Source: Tubiluchus corallicola (lineage: Eukaryota > Animalia > Priapulida). Taken from it: DNA of 64,000 nucleotides. Under the pieces are notes generated by a model. The model worked only from the letters and a program-made list of their open reading frames with translations, was not told the DNA's origin and did not search any database. Location of the stretch: the NCBI GenBank assembly GCA_030141605.1, contig JAQGDQ010000041.1, positions 868,001 to 932,000 on the forward strand, read 5' to 3'. How positions within the stretch are numbered: position 1 is the stretch's first letter; each line of letters starts with the position of its first letter. The translations under genes were made by a program, and so were the position numbers. Below are positions 20,501-34,808 of the stretch, one piece after another.

Positions 20501-22752
20501 AAAAGTGCTACATATCAGTTTAGTGTGTGCATAAATGTAAGTGAATTTTTGACCTAATGTGTATAACGTAGACATTATGCACAAATAGATGCAAGAATGT
20601 CTACATGAGAACATCATTTGCCAATAAAATAAAATACTAACTATGGCTTTTAGATTTGAGTAATGCATTTTTAGGAAAATGGATCTTTGAATTTCCTTTA
20701 TCTTTCAATTTGCTGGTTTACTTCTACACAGTATGTGCACACATCTAATTGCCTTCCACTTTAAAGCTAAGGTAAAACTTACTTTGCTTATACCATCAAT
20801 TTCTAAACTAAGTTCTTCTACACTCTTCTCTTGTTTGTCAACAGTTTTTTCTCTAGATTCTACTTGTTCCAGTAATGCCTCTTCCTCTGGATGGTGCTGA
20901 AGAAAAATAAAGAAAAGCTTTGGAAAACTTTTAAATAAAGGAGTGTTAAATAACTATAGCAAGTGTTTAAATTACAAAATTCTCCTTCATTGTCAAAACT
21001 TTATTACCATACAGCACTCTGAATGCATAGAACTGTCTGGTGTAAGCCAAAGAATAAACTTCTAAGCTCCAAATGAAACAGAGTTTACAGACTTAAAAGT
21101 GATTATTTACTCAGGCTCCCAAAGTAAACTTTAAATACTTAGTCTTACCTCACTTTGCCTTAACAAATGTCTTATGGCATTGGTCAAGTTTGGTGCACAA
21201 AGTGCACTTGACTACTGCAACTATGCATGCACTTCCAGAAGTTAAACAACCATAGCAAATCCTGTCCCCACTACACAATATCACCAAGCAAATAGCTGTT
21301 CAACAAACTAAGTGAAGTACTATAAAATGTAGAATTTTGTGTGCTGGAAATGTATGAAATTTTCCGAGGACACATCGATGTACAAGTTTCCAGGTGCATA
21401 AATAACTCTAGTAATAAAGCGACTGAGAAAAACTAATCATTGCAACTATAGTATGTACAACCTAATTTAAATTTTGTTAAACATTCAGTGTTTACCTGTC
21501 GACCAATGAGCATCAGCTTTGCTCCATCCTTTATCCCTGCATCAGCAACACTTTCAGTCAGAGCCTGGAGTGTTTTCCCTTGAGAAAAACATACAGAATC
21601 AACTATAATTATATTCAAACACTTGAATACTAAAATGCAACCAACATCATATTAATATTCGAGACGTTATAAAAAGTTGTCATTGTCATCCTAATCACCA
21701 TTCAATGAACACAAACAACATAAACAATATATTCATCCTACATCTGTACTTACCTTTGTATATTAACTTCTGCGCACTAACTGGAATACCACTCACTTGT
21801 TCAACTTTTTCCAACAGTACACTAATAACAGACTTTTCATCAATTTCAATCTCATGCTTCTTAGATCCTACACGTTCAAAGAATATTATTAACTTTACAG
21901 TAAATTAAAGCCTAACTAATCATCTTAAGATTTGTTATTTACACTAAAATAGCTATAACATGCAATCCCTGCTAGATCAAAATAGCAATATCAAACATAG
22001 TCCTGACTGTTATGTATAAATAAAGCTAGAGCTCTCAGAAGAGTACACAGCTGCCACAACAAAATCAACATTTCACACTTGAAGAAACAACTGCAAAAAT
22101 ATATATTCTGCACTGACATTTTACAACTTTCACTTAAAATTATACTAAACATGTTGCTGACTGTTGATGTCTGGCCATGCAGCAAGGGATAAATGGCTAA
22201 CAATGAGTCCTAAATCGTGATTTGTTTGGCTGTTACTGGTGGCCAATGATCACCTGAGCTTCAGCGTATATGTTTATCGTTCAACTGCACTCAGCAGCAT
22301 GTACACTAATTGTTATAAACAGACCTTTAAAAAATTGTAAAAAATTCAAATCAGTATCGATTGATCCAAGGTACTAGTAGGTTCGTAATGAGAAACAATA
22401 TTCCATCGTTCTACCAACTGTCAAGTATCAATTTCTTAGACTACCTCAGGGCTCATGAAACACGCACGCACGCACACACAGACTGCTTGTGGCAACTATA
22501 AAAATACCTTCATATGAAATACTCAGGATGAAAATCTATAAAAGCACAGTGCCCAGAAACCAAGGATACCAAACAAATGTTAAGAATAATCATTTCAGCA
22601 AAATGCATTTAGTCGGATCACTTAAAATCGTCTCAAAGATCAAACTTTAGTTTGAGCTTCACAACATTCAGAATTTTTATACTACTGCATATGTATTTTT
22701 ATGTTTGTGAATTTCAAACGGTGAACTTACCATGAGTAACTGTGACTTTCAT
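17588..22752 (-). CDS. BAG1: BAG family molecular chaperone regulator 1 (ubiquitin-like + BAG domain), 6 coding exons, 191 aa
   Basis: Exons 22752-22731, 21867-21754, 21578-21496, 20896-20783, 18274-18104, 17659-17588, GT-AG and in frame. MKVTVTHGSKKHEI...SGIPVSAQKLIYKGKTL...GIKDGAKLMLIG (Ubl); EIDGISKGWL...EDFMKTLEHLDGI...RARKRSLVCRVQKLLEQLD (BAG). Confidence 0.93.
18026..18107. repeat. 40-bp tandem duplication including the BAG1 exon 5 splice donor
   Basis: Units start at 18026 and 18066, 37/40 identical. Confidence 0.9.
18685..18805 (+). mobile_element. Short LINE (L2/CR1-type) RT fragment
   Basis: Translates as ISVVQGLPKILEKVLYNQVLTYLKTIILPKQQF, resembling the RPIS..SKILEK.V..QL...L...QFGF region. 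Confidence 0.6.
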
Positions 22753-23494
22753 GGTAGCAGACAATGAACAACTGGATTTGTTATCAACATGGTATATTCA
22801 TTTCAATACCTGTTAATAATAATAACAAACAAGTCAAAGAAATTTGCAACCTTAAGACACAGAAAGAAAAATTCAATCTACTTAAAAAAAGTTAAAACTT
22901 TAAGGAAAAGGCAGTAAAATTTCAGTAAGAGAGATCAAAGCTTGGCTCTTAATAACGTTAATCCTCTAATATGAGATACCGAATCAACAGAGCTTGAGAG
23001 GTGTTTAGCCACATTTTAATGAGAATACATACACATTTTAATGAGAATACATCCTCTCTCATTGTCTCTCATTGAGGTAAATACCTTAGAACTAGTTTGG
23101 CAAATCAAACCCTCCAGAGCGAGTATTACACTACAGGCTGGAAGCTTGCATGTTGCAACTCCCTGTTTTGTTGCAGACCTGCAACCTGTAACAAATAGTG
23201 ATGCGTGTGGACTGCAATAAATTGAAAATAAGTTGTAATTCAACTTAACTGATGTGATTGTTCAGCAGACTAGTTTCGTTGATAGGCATATAAACTGCTT
23301 ACAAGTAGTTGACGACTTACACCCCATGCAGCTTATGACTATTCGACTTTACAACTCAAGCACAACTTAATTAATTAATTACACAAGACTAACTACAAGT
23401 CATATTTCCTTCTATTTTTTAAACAAATAAACTTTAAATTGCTATCTGTTTCGATAAATTAATCTGTAGGCGCCACAACACTTGGTGCACACAC

Positions 23495-23920
23495 ACCATC
23501 ACGTCCAATTGTACAATACGCTAGTTCTGTCTGGGAATCCATACTTAATTAAAATGGATTAACCAGCTACAAAAATGGCTAGTTAATTGAACAATGTTCC
23601 TTATTGCAAGCGACTTAAGCCTCTAGGTCTGCATACATTGTCATTTGTTAACACGAAGGATGTGTGCTGACTTAAAACAAGCTTTCAAGTCATTGAAAGA
23701 ATCAATGATGTGGATGTTGGAAACTTCTTCACATTTAATAGTCATTGGAGGACCATGCGAGGACACCAGTTACCACTGTATACGAAAAGAGCAAAGCTGG
23801 ATTTAAGAAAATATTTTTTTAGCCATAGGACAATTAATCTGTGGAACGGTTTACCTCAAAGGGCCATGGAAGCAATCGCAGTTAATCAGTTTAAAGGGCC
23901 ATCCAAACATACGTTAACGC
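23495..23920 (+). mobile_element. CR1-type LINE 3' remnant
   Basis: RPIVQYASSVW and MRGHQLPLYTKRAKLDLRKYFFSHRTINLWNGLP...FK, the CR1 ORF2 C-terminus. Confidence 0.85.
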
Positions 23921-25769
23921 TATTGAAGAACGAAATTTATATTGACGAATTCATGATAAACAAGTCTACAAACATCGAGTTTTTTCTACAGCATCCTTAG
24001 CTAACAGCTGTTGATGAATATATGTCTTTCTCAATGTGTATATCGTGTATATAATGTACCATATCATTATAGTGATTACAGTTAAAGTGCAAGCACCATA
24101 AAAACATTGTATAGAAAATGAGCTTATGAAATGATGCAGTTTTGGCTTCCTTACACAAGGCTGCCAAACTAAAGTCGTAATGCGTGTCAACGGGTTAGAT
24201 GTAAAGGTGGGCTATAACCATCTGGATTACTTTTACTTAGTTCAACAGCTGAACTTAGTAAACCCTTATTCTCAGTCACATCTGCCTGTCTATGCATGCA
24301 ATTTCTCAGAGAACGATGATGCAATGCTAACCAAACATGCACGATGGTTGCCTAGCAACAGTCAGAAATTTCTAAAACCGGTATGTTTCTGACTCCAAAA
24401 TCTATCTCCTCAAAAACTGCTGAGGTAGTGCAAATGAAACTCAGTACTGTGGAGTACATGTGATAACTATCTAAAAGACATAGGAGCAAAGTTTGGAATT
24501 TCGTAATATGTGTTATAGTCAATGGACATCAATTAAACTGGGTTGGTGTCATCAATGGTGTACCAACTGGCAGCTGTGCTACCCGTTTTAGGACCCGTGC
24601 TACCGGGCTGGAAAATCTTACCGGACTGGCGGACATAGTCCGCAGGATACTTCTTCTGCAAAGCACACAAATTGTTTCTTAAAGTATTTTTTTCAAAATT
24701 TTAATAGAAGCAACTTCTGCTGTTTTCCTCTCTTTATTAGTAAAAACGACAAAACTTCAACATTCTAATATGCATCAAAGTTACAATGTAGTTATTACTT
24801 AAGGTAATATTTTTTCTGCGTATCTGCAAATGCTGAGCACTATTTGTCCCTACGTATTGAGTCACACTCAAAAACTTGGCAACGGCAAAACGTACAGGTG
24901 CATTGTATGTGTATAATAATTATGCGGTAACTGAACTATTATATTAGCAAACTTGTCCGTTCTATAAATAGGCTTGCTGTTATAAAGATAAGATATATTG
25001 ATTTTTCAGCAACACAGCTAGCCTTCCCAGCCCTACTAATCAACAGTACTAAAATTTCCCTGCATAATAGTTTTAGCTTAAAATTGTTACCTTGCCAATT
25101 CATGCATTTGTGGTTGGCTTCAAGTTGTACTATTATAATTAGTATATCTATTATACTATTATAATTGGCCATGCCACCTAATCGCCAATTAGTACAAGTC
25201 ATGTGCTAACATATTAAAAACTTCACCGTTTAATTCCTTTATGACACTCAAAAATACTTTCTTCAGTAGTTAAGCAATATCAAACACAAGAAGTGCCAAG
25301 ATGAGTGAGATATTTTATAGAATTATTGTTGAGTTGTGCCCTGGCAGTGATAGAAACAGTGAGCCAAATAAAATCAACGGGTCCTTTCTTAGTATAGTTG
25401 AGGAAATGTCAGGAACAGTATGTAACATAAGGCAAAATTTCTGTTACGCATCACAGTTTTAAATCACTTAACACCATCTGTGCTTGATGTCTATAAAGAC
25501 TACTAATAAATGCTGTGAGCGAGTGTGTAACAATAACTGAAATAATGTTTGAAGAAAGCAACTGCATTTCCAATGAGAATACATGTAGGTGGTAAAAACT
25601 CTAATAAAATTATCATTTTAGAAGACTATGTACTTTTAAATCTGCGTGGGGCTTTGTAGCCCTTCACTGTAACCCCCACCCTCCCGCAACTACCTTGATC
25701 CTACACACTTCTATAAAAATCTCTGGGCTTGGTCCACCACTGGGGCACCAACTTTTAGTCGCTAGGACA

Positions 25770-26660
25770 TTTGTATGATTTTCGGCCTCTGCTGTGCTAT
25801 TCACGATCTACAATAATGATTTGCCTCAAGACTTTACCTGTGGTAAAAGCTTATTTGCTGATGACACAAAAATATATGATGATAAGGTTTGCTGTCCTAA
25901 CAACCATGAGCATGTGCAAAACAATATTGACCAAACATATAAATAGGTCACCAACGGAATATGAATTTTAATATTGACGAATGCAATGTATTACCCATTG
26001 GAAGACCAGATATTGCAGATCGCAAATACGCAATGGCACAAGGAAATAGCCGTGTAGAAATTACAAGCGTCATTGAAAAAAGACTACGGCATCGTTGTTG
26101 ATAACATACTTAAATTTCAAAGCCACACTCATCATACTGTCAATAAAGCTCACAGAAGGCTTAAGCTTATCAAGCGAAATTTCGTTTATTTAGATGGCCC
26201 ATGATGATCCAATTGCACAAGTCAATGGTCAGACCAATTTTGAATTATGACAATATAGTTTGAAATCCAGTGAGGGAAGACATAATAAGAAACACTGGAT
26301 CAGTTCAACGTCAAGTTAGTAGGCTTGTATCAGCAGTTTCTGGACTACTATACTCTACAAGAATCAAGAGGGTAGGGAAACTACTTTAAAATATAGGTGT
26401 AAGAGGCAAGACTTGATCCAAATCTTCTGCATCTGAAAAGGTTTTGATGGCATTAATGCTAGCAAAATGTTTCCATCTCAGACATATCGTGATACAAGAG
26501 CACAAAATCAAGGAGAACAGCCTCCAATAGAGGAAGCAGAAAACGAGAGATTCTTTCGATGCGGGTGGCTGGCGAATGGAATAAATTCCTGGAAACGTAA
26601 TCAATGCCATTAACTCTTCTCTGTTTAAGTCCCTATTAGATTGATAGTGGCACCACAACC
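25770..26660 (+). mobile_element. Decayed CR1-type LINE ORF2 (RT through C-terminus)
   Basis: LFTIYNNDLP...LFADDTKIY, NMNFNIDECNVL, KDYGIVVDNILKFQSH, KAHRRLKLIKRNF, KSMVRPILNY, RVAGEWN, FKSLLD, with stops and frameshifts. Confidence 0.88.
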
Positions 26661-26999
26661 CAGAAAAGTTTGTCGATCTTAAACTGCCTCAATCATGGCA
26701 GTAAGATGTCTTGGGACATAGTCCATGATCGTGGAGACGTTGGAGTGCCGCTGTTTCTTTTTTATTCACAAATATAGAAACCAAACAAGATTGGAGAGGT
26801 TTAATTAAACTATTTATTAGCTTAACCTCTATCCATCGACAGTAACGCCATAATTATTATGACGTCTGCATTATTTCAGGGCCGAGCCTAAACGTCGAAT
26901 TTCAACCACCACTACACTAGGCAACCAGGTTTATTACCAGTGACTAGTATTTAAATTAAAAATGCTTTACATAAATTGACATTATAATTAGACTCTTAC

Positions 27000-27080
27000 A
27001 TTGAAATTCAAAAAACGCGTACCACCGAAGCCGAGCATGTGAACCGCCATGACAGAGAACGCGTTGTCATCTATGGTAAA
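27000..27080 (-). other. Probable first exon of BAG1 (ATG at 27050, donor after 27000)
   Basis: CpG-rich patch with GTCATGGCG start context and AAT|GTAAGA donor; the BAG1 acceptor at 22809 needs an upstream donor. The linkage is inferred. Confidence 0.6.
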
Positions 27081-29721
27081 ATCACCCGAGAAAATGATTT
27101 ATGCCATCTCTCTCACACACCACTCGCTGGCAAATTGCTGCTGTAACAATAATCATGGACTAAAGAAGCATAAAAAATAAAAGCAATGGAGAGAATAATA
27201 ATTTCAAAGCAAAATGAAAATTTGAAAAGATAATAATTTTAAAGCAAAACGAAAATATGAAAAAATAATATTTTTTTAAAAATAATGTTTGGTAAAGAAC
27301 ATTATATAGGAAATTAATTGTTCTTGACAAGCTGCTCCAAGTTTGTTCATAGTACAATTAGAAAACTCTTTTTAATCTGTAGTCTCAAATAACAAAAAAA
27401 AACATGACAGGAACAAGTCTATTCTTTGCAGTACAGAAACAACTAAACAAGTTTGCCAGGTTACAACAGACAGTAGAGAAGCCAGACGTGGATGCCATGT
27501 TCATATATTTATTACACTACAGTACATTTTTTAATAAAACTTTTGAAAGTCAAAGTCAATTTAAAGTAATAATAAAAATTCAAATAAAATATTTAATAAT
27601 TATGCATCTTTAATAGAGAGACAAAAATGGCATAACAAAAATCATTTGTGGTGAAAATTAACTGTTTTTAAATAGAAGCGGTACGCAAGCCCAAGAACAC
27701 AGAATACAGAATGAATGTACAAGCTTTGACAAAAATAATCGATGTGGCCAATACAGAACTAGTTACAATAAGTGACTGTGGCTGGAGCAGTTCAGTGATG
27801 TCATCATTTCAAGTGAGGCTTGAAGACAGCGACTGCCACAATAGTAAAGAAGTCATTACGTCATCATCATAAAGAGCTACGCCACCTTAATTATATCTAA
27901 TTACTATACCAAGACACCCTTACAGTTATCTCAATTCGGAAGCTAAAGTGGCATTTACCAAACATGCGGAATAAATTATTGCACAAAAATCACTTTATTT
28001 TGATGATTCCGTTTATCAAACCTACACTATCACATTATTTTTTCTGCAGTTATTTCTAATGGACTGTTTATACACAGCTGGATGTGCAGTAATGCATTTC
28101 GGATGTCTGGTAAATGCCGTTTGATAGCCCAAAATGCTAAATGTGCGTAGCACTCTGCTCTGTGTATGAAACGTTATGAACAAAGAATACTACACTGATT
28201 TCTGTTGCCTTTATACCAGTCTAGTTAAATTAGCTTAGATTTCTACATTATTTCAGCCAGTGATCTGTACAGTCCACTAATTTGATAGCATGCATTAATT
28301 GTCATAAGAGACGTGTAAAGTAGCAGATATCTGCAACCATATTAAGCAAAACATTAAAAAATTAAATTATACAGAATAAAACACTTATACTTTAATATTG
28401 TTGCAAATTTATGCAGAACAGAAAGCAGCATTAAAATCTAAATAGTTTTTGCAAAATGCAAGATGTCAGCCTAACAGTATGTGTATCACAGATTAAGCTA
28501 ATGCACAAAACTTGACAATTCACCAATTTTAACGTAAAAGTGTAAGAATGCGTCACGCAAATGACACATATATGTTACAAGCAAAGTGTAAAATCAGGTA
28601 TTTCATAGAGTGCCAAAATAAGCCAGGTAAAGTGTCTAAAATAATTTCTTCTAGATTCTTCCCAGGCAATTATACATAATGCAAAAGTTTTATTAAGCAA
28701 TGTGTGATCCTTAAAGCTGGGTCATATTGTTGCTGGTATTATTGTCAGAATTATCTTTGAAAGCTATCACAGCCCACAGTTTTCACAGTAGGAATCTGAA
28801 ATTTTCCATTAAGATATTATGGATTATTGTGCAGACAATAATTGAGTCTGGTTTTTAGGTAATGAGCCTGGTAATAGGCCCTCAAATGCGCACGTTAATT
28901 GAATAACACCCGTTCAATGGATCTGTCCTATATGTTGTTACCTTGTTGGGGTTTCTTTCATTCTAATATATAAATGGATTTGCTTCAACGATGCATATTT
29001 TAAATTTTTACCAAAAAAAGGACCAATCATGACAACAGTAACTGCTTCCCTGATCATTAACTGAGAAAAAAAGACGAGCTGGATCCAAGCACATTAATAC
29101 TTTCACTCTAGTTGTATTTCACACAGGATGGTAGTAGAAACACCTAATGAGTCTGTGCTTAAAAGAAAAGAATGGTTTTATACTGAATTAGAAAAGGGCA
29201 GGTAAATAAAGCTGTGAACACTGTTCTTCTAAGTGAAAAAAAACACCATTAATTAATTAATCATGTAAATGACTTTAACATCAGGGGCAAAAAAGCAGTC
29301 TCCTCGTTAATACCTATGCCATGCAATGTTATGGTCGTTGTCCAACAGAAAGGTAATCGCACACCTGTGCAAGACAAAAATGCTGCTAGAAAGTAAACTG
29401 CTTGACAAACATTGTGATACACAAATAATGATTGTGCAATCTCATAATGATTCAAAAATCGATTACTGCTTGTTTACTTGTTGTCACTGTTGTTACTTGT
29501 TGTTACTCAGTCACACATTGCCTCTAACACAAAATATAAATTTTTGTACACGGCTGTTGCAATTTCAATTCATAAAAAAAGTTACTCAGAAAAACTGCAA
29601 AAATAACATTATAGATGTTTCAAACAATTCTGCATTCCTTGGCACTGGAGAATGTTTTTGGCAAGCTGGTTGAAAACATGCAGAAGATATTGGAGACACA
29701 GGATTTGAATCACAATTTTAT

Positions 29722-32700
29722 TCACAAAGTTTTTAAGAAATCATTAAATTCACTCGTTGAAACTTTGGCCATATTTGTACAAAAATTTGCATCAGTTCCA
29801 CTCACAAGGCTTTTCATTGAGATATAATTTGGAAGTTTTGGATCATACTGATTTCGCCCAATTTTCTCTAGAAACTTATGCCGCTGTTGCAGAGTGTACT
29901 CTCTTGAACGCAGTATGTTTGGCCACTGAATAATCATTTCATGAGAGATTTTCATTTCGTTGCAGATAAAATTAAACTTCCTCAAAACAACTTCTCTTCC
30001 TGTAAAATAAATACAACATTCAATGCAATAAATGATATCTAGAAAGTTATCAATATTTTCATTCTCTAAAGACTGGAACAATAATGTAATACTACATAGC
30101 ATATACATACACACATATATATCTATTATGTATATAGCAGTACTAAGAAAAAGAAGATGATTGTAAAAATAAAAAATGTCACTTCTGCTTCTGGTGTGAT
30201 TACATTGCTTCCATTTTTTTATTCAATGTTTTTGTTTCACTAATAGTAACAATTTAACTGTCAATACTTGAAAATTCAAAAAGTATTTATTTCTCAGGTG
30301 TTTATACATGAATAAGTACTCCGGGCTTGTACTGTTGCACAATAACAACAGAACACATGCTCAGTATATTTCAGTACAACAGCCTCTTGAAGTAACCTTG
30401 TTTGACATGGTGTTAAGTTTTGATGCTGAGTGTGAAAAACGAGGCCTAAGTTTTGACTTTGCACTCTGGGAATATGCAATAACTCACAAATACATGTCTT
30501 ACCATTCTCATTTATACAGCTTCTATGAAAGGGAATGTATATCACAAAAAGAGTGTTAAAATAGACAGTAAGGATCGCTTTATTATTCTCCTCTTTTGCT
30601 CCTTAACTTCCACTTTATTTTCTTTATCCTCAGTACTAATTTTAATTAGTTTGTTACTCTTTATTTGTGAACAAATTAACAATCTTGCCAAATTATCTCC
30701 AAAAAAATCAGTGCAAAGAAGAACACTATAAAGCAAACTTTCCACATCTTATTTATGGTTATTTAAATAAATAAGCTTGAATAATCATTTATTCAAGAGA
30801 AGATGACAACAACCTTTATTGTCTAACCACTGGAAATGCTGCCTTTGAGAAAGTAAGAAATAACCTACTTTTCTCTGTTGATACTGCTGTACTTTGCTCA
30901 CTTAGATAAGTACTTCAAAGATTCAAGTGGATTTGAAAAACCAAAAAGTCAGAAACTTTGCAGATAATGCAGTAATGGATAAAGTAACCCCAAAGTCTAT
31001 TAAACTAAAAAAAACTGCAGGGAACTAATGACCTATTTGTGAGGCTTCTTTGTTTAGCAACTGCCATTCAGCTTGACTTAATAAATCTTCTGCCATACTT
31101 TAACGCATGGTCTATGTCTTAGCTCATAGAGGGTAATAATTGTTGCGAAATAAACTTCAATGATTTATGAACATTCTGGCATTCACAGTCATAATCTAGT
31201 TAATGATATCATTAATTGCCAGCTAATTTGAAAAAAAATGGCAATATACAATAATTTTACAGCACATTGCAAAAAACACTTAAAGGTAGCATTAGCCATT
31301 TCAACTGTAATTTAGGTTACTACACAATCAAGTTTGACATGCATTTGATACACATGTTACGTATGGAGCACTTACTATAAGTGCTTCATATAAAAAGGCT
31401 GCAAAAGTTTCACAGAAGAAATGAAGACATAAAGAGATCTTGCTGACCAATATTCCACTAAACAGGAGCGCCAACGTAAAAGAAACCACGAAATATAAAT
31501 TACATTTAGTTTCCTGTATTACACTCATATTGGCGAATATTACGGCTATATTTCACATTTCAGTTGATACTAAACACAACTAGTAAAACAAAGAAAAAAT
31601 AAACGCAAAAAGAAAAACTAAATAACAATATTAATTTTACCTGTCATAAACACTTTTGGACAAGTTAATAAGATCTGCTTCATTTCAGTTTCTGAAAATC
31701 CACATTCTTCTTTCAATGTAAAATGAACATTCTGCAATAAAACATAAGTTACTACTGATAAGTTAGTTAACAGTTTGTGTATTTACTAATTTTATTCATA
31801 TGCGAGAATGTTTGCAAATTTCACGGCTCAACCTTGAGTTCTTGCGAGTTATGAAACACAATATGTAAAAAAAAGCAAAAAAAAACAATAAAGGCCTGGT
31901 ACTTTTCAACTTTTCTTCCAAGAGTTATTTACAATGTTCTTATTCTACCGCTGTCCAGTGACCCACTGCTATGGCAAATTTGGAGAATGTTCAAAAAAGT
32001 TAAAAGAAACTTAGAGATTCCTTAACAAACCTGGAGATTTAACATTGCAGAGTTTTTGTACATAAAATTTAAATATCCCTTTGTTAAATAACTGTAATTA
32101 CCATATCACAATAGTAACTTGGCTAATTCAAAATGGTCAAATCGTGATTTTGGTATGCTAAATTTTGTTGTTGATCACAGTAATATGAGGCAGAATTTGA
32201 GTCATCTATTGTGAAGTGAGTGTATTTACAATTAATTAAGGGCTGTATGAATCTGGTGGCACAATAAGCTGGTTTGCAGAAGGCTATCGTAATTTTTATT
32301 TTTGCATAGCAAAATCAAAACTTAATTTACCAAAAGAAAGCATAAAGACGTGTGTAAAAAATGAGTTAAAATCCTGAGACTCGCAGTAAAACCGTAAGAG
32401 TCGAAAGGTCTGAAAATGTATGGGCAAAACAAATATTGTACTTTTCAAATTCAAAATTGCCAAAGATAAACAAATTCAGCAACTTCATGTAATGGCAACA
32501 CCAATTTTAGTGAGCACTTTAAATTTCGCTACTTTAAATTTATTTAAGCAGAGGTTTTAATCTTTAGCTAACTTTTACTCTTTTGATTTGACAAAGAAAT
32601 TGTTCTAATGAGTGTAATGAAAAGGTCATCAAATTCATGCTAACAGTAATGTTACTGGACGTTTAGGCTTTTGGATTATCATGTAAACATGTCTAACAGA

Positions 32701-34559
32701 CAACATTATCATGAATGAAAATCCCAGAACCTTTTCGTAATTAAATTTGTTTAACGCAAATACCCTGCTCACTATTATCTAGTCGTGATTTTATGCCGTT
32801 ATTATTTTGTTTTGTTAATAGTGTGGTTATTAAAGCTGCAACAGTCACGCTGCCATGAACCTATTTTGTTTGAAAAAATGGACGTTTCTGATTAGTTATC
32901 TAAATCTGACAAGGAGGATGAAGCAGCAACCATAAGAAAGCAAAACAAATACTGCATCGCAAAACTCTGAGACTAAACTTATTTTGTTGATAATGAATCA
33001 AAATTGCAATTATTGTTCTGATTGAAACTGTTAAATGTCTCTATTTGACTTCCAAAGCAGCAAACAATCTGGGTAATTTCATCACCACTTTCATTGTTAA
33101 TAAAGAAACACTCTGTATCAGATGCACTAACAATTCTGAGTATGGCTCGGTAGAATCAACTCCACACAGTACTATAATGTAGTGTATATAAGTCTAACAG
33201 CTTTAAGTGCTTATTCTTACACCCAACTAGTATAGAGCATTTTTACCGAAATTTTTTTGTTTGGCCAAAAAATAATCTTCGGTGATACGTTGACAACATG
33301 TCGAACTTCATTTCCTGAAAGTCTGAACTGTGTTTGAAGAAATCCAAGTTTTTCATCTACTTCTTTTGTAGTCCAAGAAAGAATTCCAGGTGCTCGGATA
33401 ATAATTGCAGCAATGCGTTCCTGGTTAAACTTTTTTGACAAAAAATAATTCACGCGAACCTAAACGGGATTAAACATTAAAGCGATTAGTGGCAACTATG
33501 AAACTGTTTTACAACTTAATCAGCATAGTCGTAGCAAATCGGTGACAATGATAACATTTGGTGGTGAGGGCAACAACAGCACTGTCATTAAGGTGATATT
33601 TAATGTACCATCTATCTAAGTAAAAAATAGAAACTGCCATTATCTAACAACAACAGTATCAGACATGTTTCTAAATTTTTCATTTAAATCAATATAGAAA
33701 AACACATACATTCATAATTTATTGCACTTTTAAAATACTAATGAAAATTAATTACCTAGAAAAATGAAAAATTTGACTTTAATTTGTTTTAGATGAGCTT
33801 CTACCAGATATGTATAATATCAATGATTTGTCAACCAATCATTTTTCAAGTAGGAAATAAAGAAATAAGAAACATTTGTACCTGCAAGTTTTCTAAATCC
33901 TCCTGGAATATAAATGGGTTGCCTGTTATCACGCTGCCAATATCATCTCCACTGACACCCAAGTCAGCCAAAAAGAATACATATGGTTGAATGTCTTTCT
34001 TAAAATCCAAACCTATCAATAAATTGGCCGCATGTTTTTTCTCACATTTATGTAAATCCACCCCAAGTTTCACCAAACTCTGCAGTGATGGTGATTCATT
34101 CACATAGGCTGCCAGACTAAATGAGGTTTTCAAAGCTGGACGCACTTCAGATGGATGCAGTTCTTTTTCTTCAAGAGAAAGCGCAAGCTCGTCTAGGTCG
34201 TCAGTTTTATCTGCAGATACCTTCAGACCTTCTAACACTTCTAAGTAAGATATCCTTTCTTCGGGGCTTTCATTAATGTCACGAAGTAAAACATTAGATT
34301 TAAGATGGTTCCTAATTTTATCTTTGCAAAGCACACTGCTTGACTTGACATGGTTCTCACTTTCAATGTTTTCATCTTCCGCTTTATTGTGACAAAATCG
34401 GGAATGTAGTTTGTGCTTGCAGCTTAACTGAGTTTGATAGCACCGATTTGCCTCCAAAGCATGACTAAGCAAAACACATCGTGATAAGAAAGCGACGTTA
34501 ACATTAGAGTGCCTCAATATATGTAAAAAATTCTGTAATGATAGCTTCGACCGAGCCAT
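29722..34559 (-). CDS. MTERF3: Mitochondrial transcription termination factor 3, 4 coding exons, 419 aa
   Basis: Exons 34559-33882, 33459-33247, 31731-31641, 29999-29722 in frame (1260 nt). Basic presequence; SFSLAAYVNESPSLQSLVKLGVDL, LDFKKDIQPYVFFLADLGV, NPFIFQEDLENLQVRVNYFLSKKF, VDEKLGFLQ, RHKFLEKIGRNQYDPKLPNYIS, FNDFLKTL*. Confidence 0.96.
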
Positions 34560-34808
34560 TGTTCCTGCAGCAAAGGAATATCAGAACTGTAGTCCAAGAT
34601 AAACTAAGAAAGATCTAAAAAATAAATATTAAGTTCACATTAATTACTAAATGATGCTAAACAATAAATATAAGTGGTAAACACTAGCTGATGATCAAAC
34701 ACTAGTAAAATTTAAAATTTAACAATAATTATGATCCATTATACGTTTCAAAAAATAATTTCATTTTAAAATTCACTTGCAAACTGAGAAAATAAGTTCA
34801 AAATCTGG

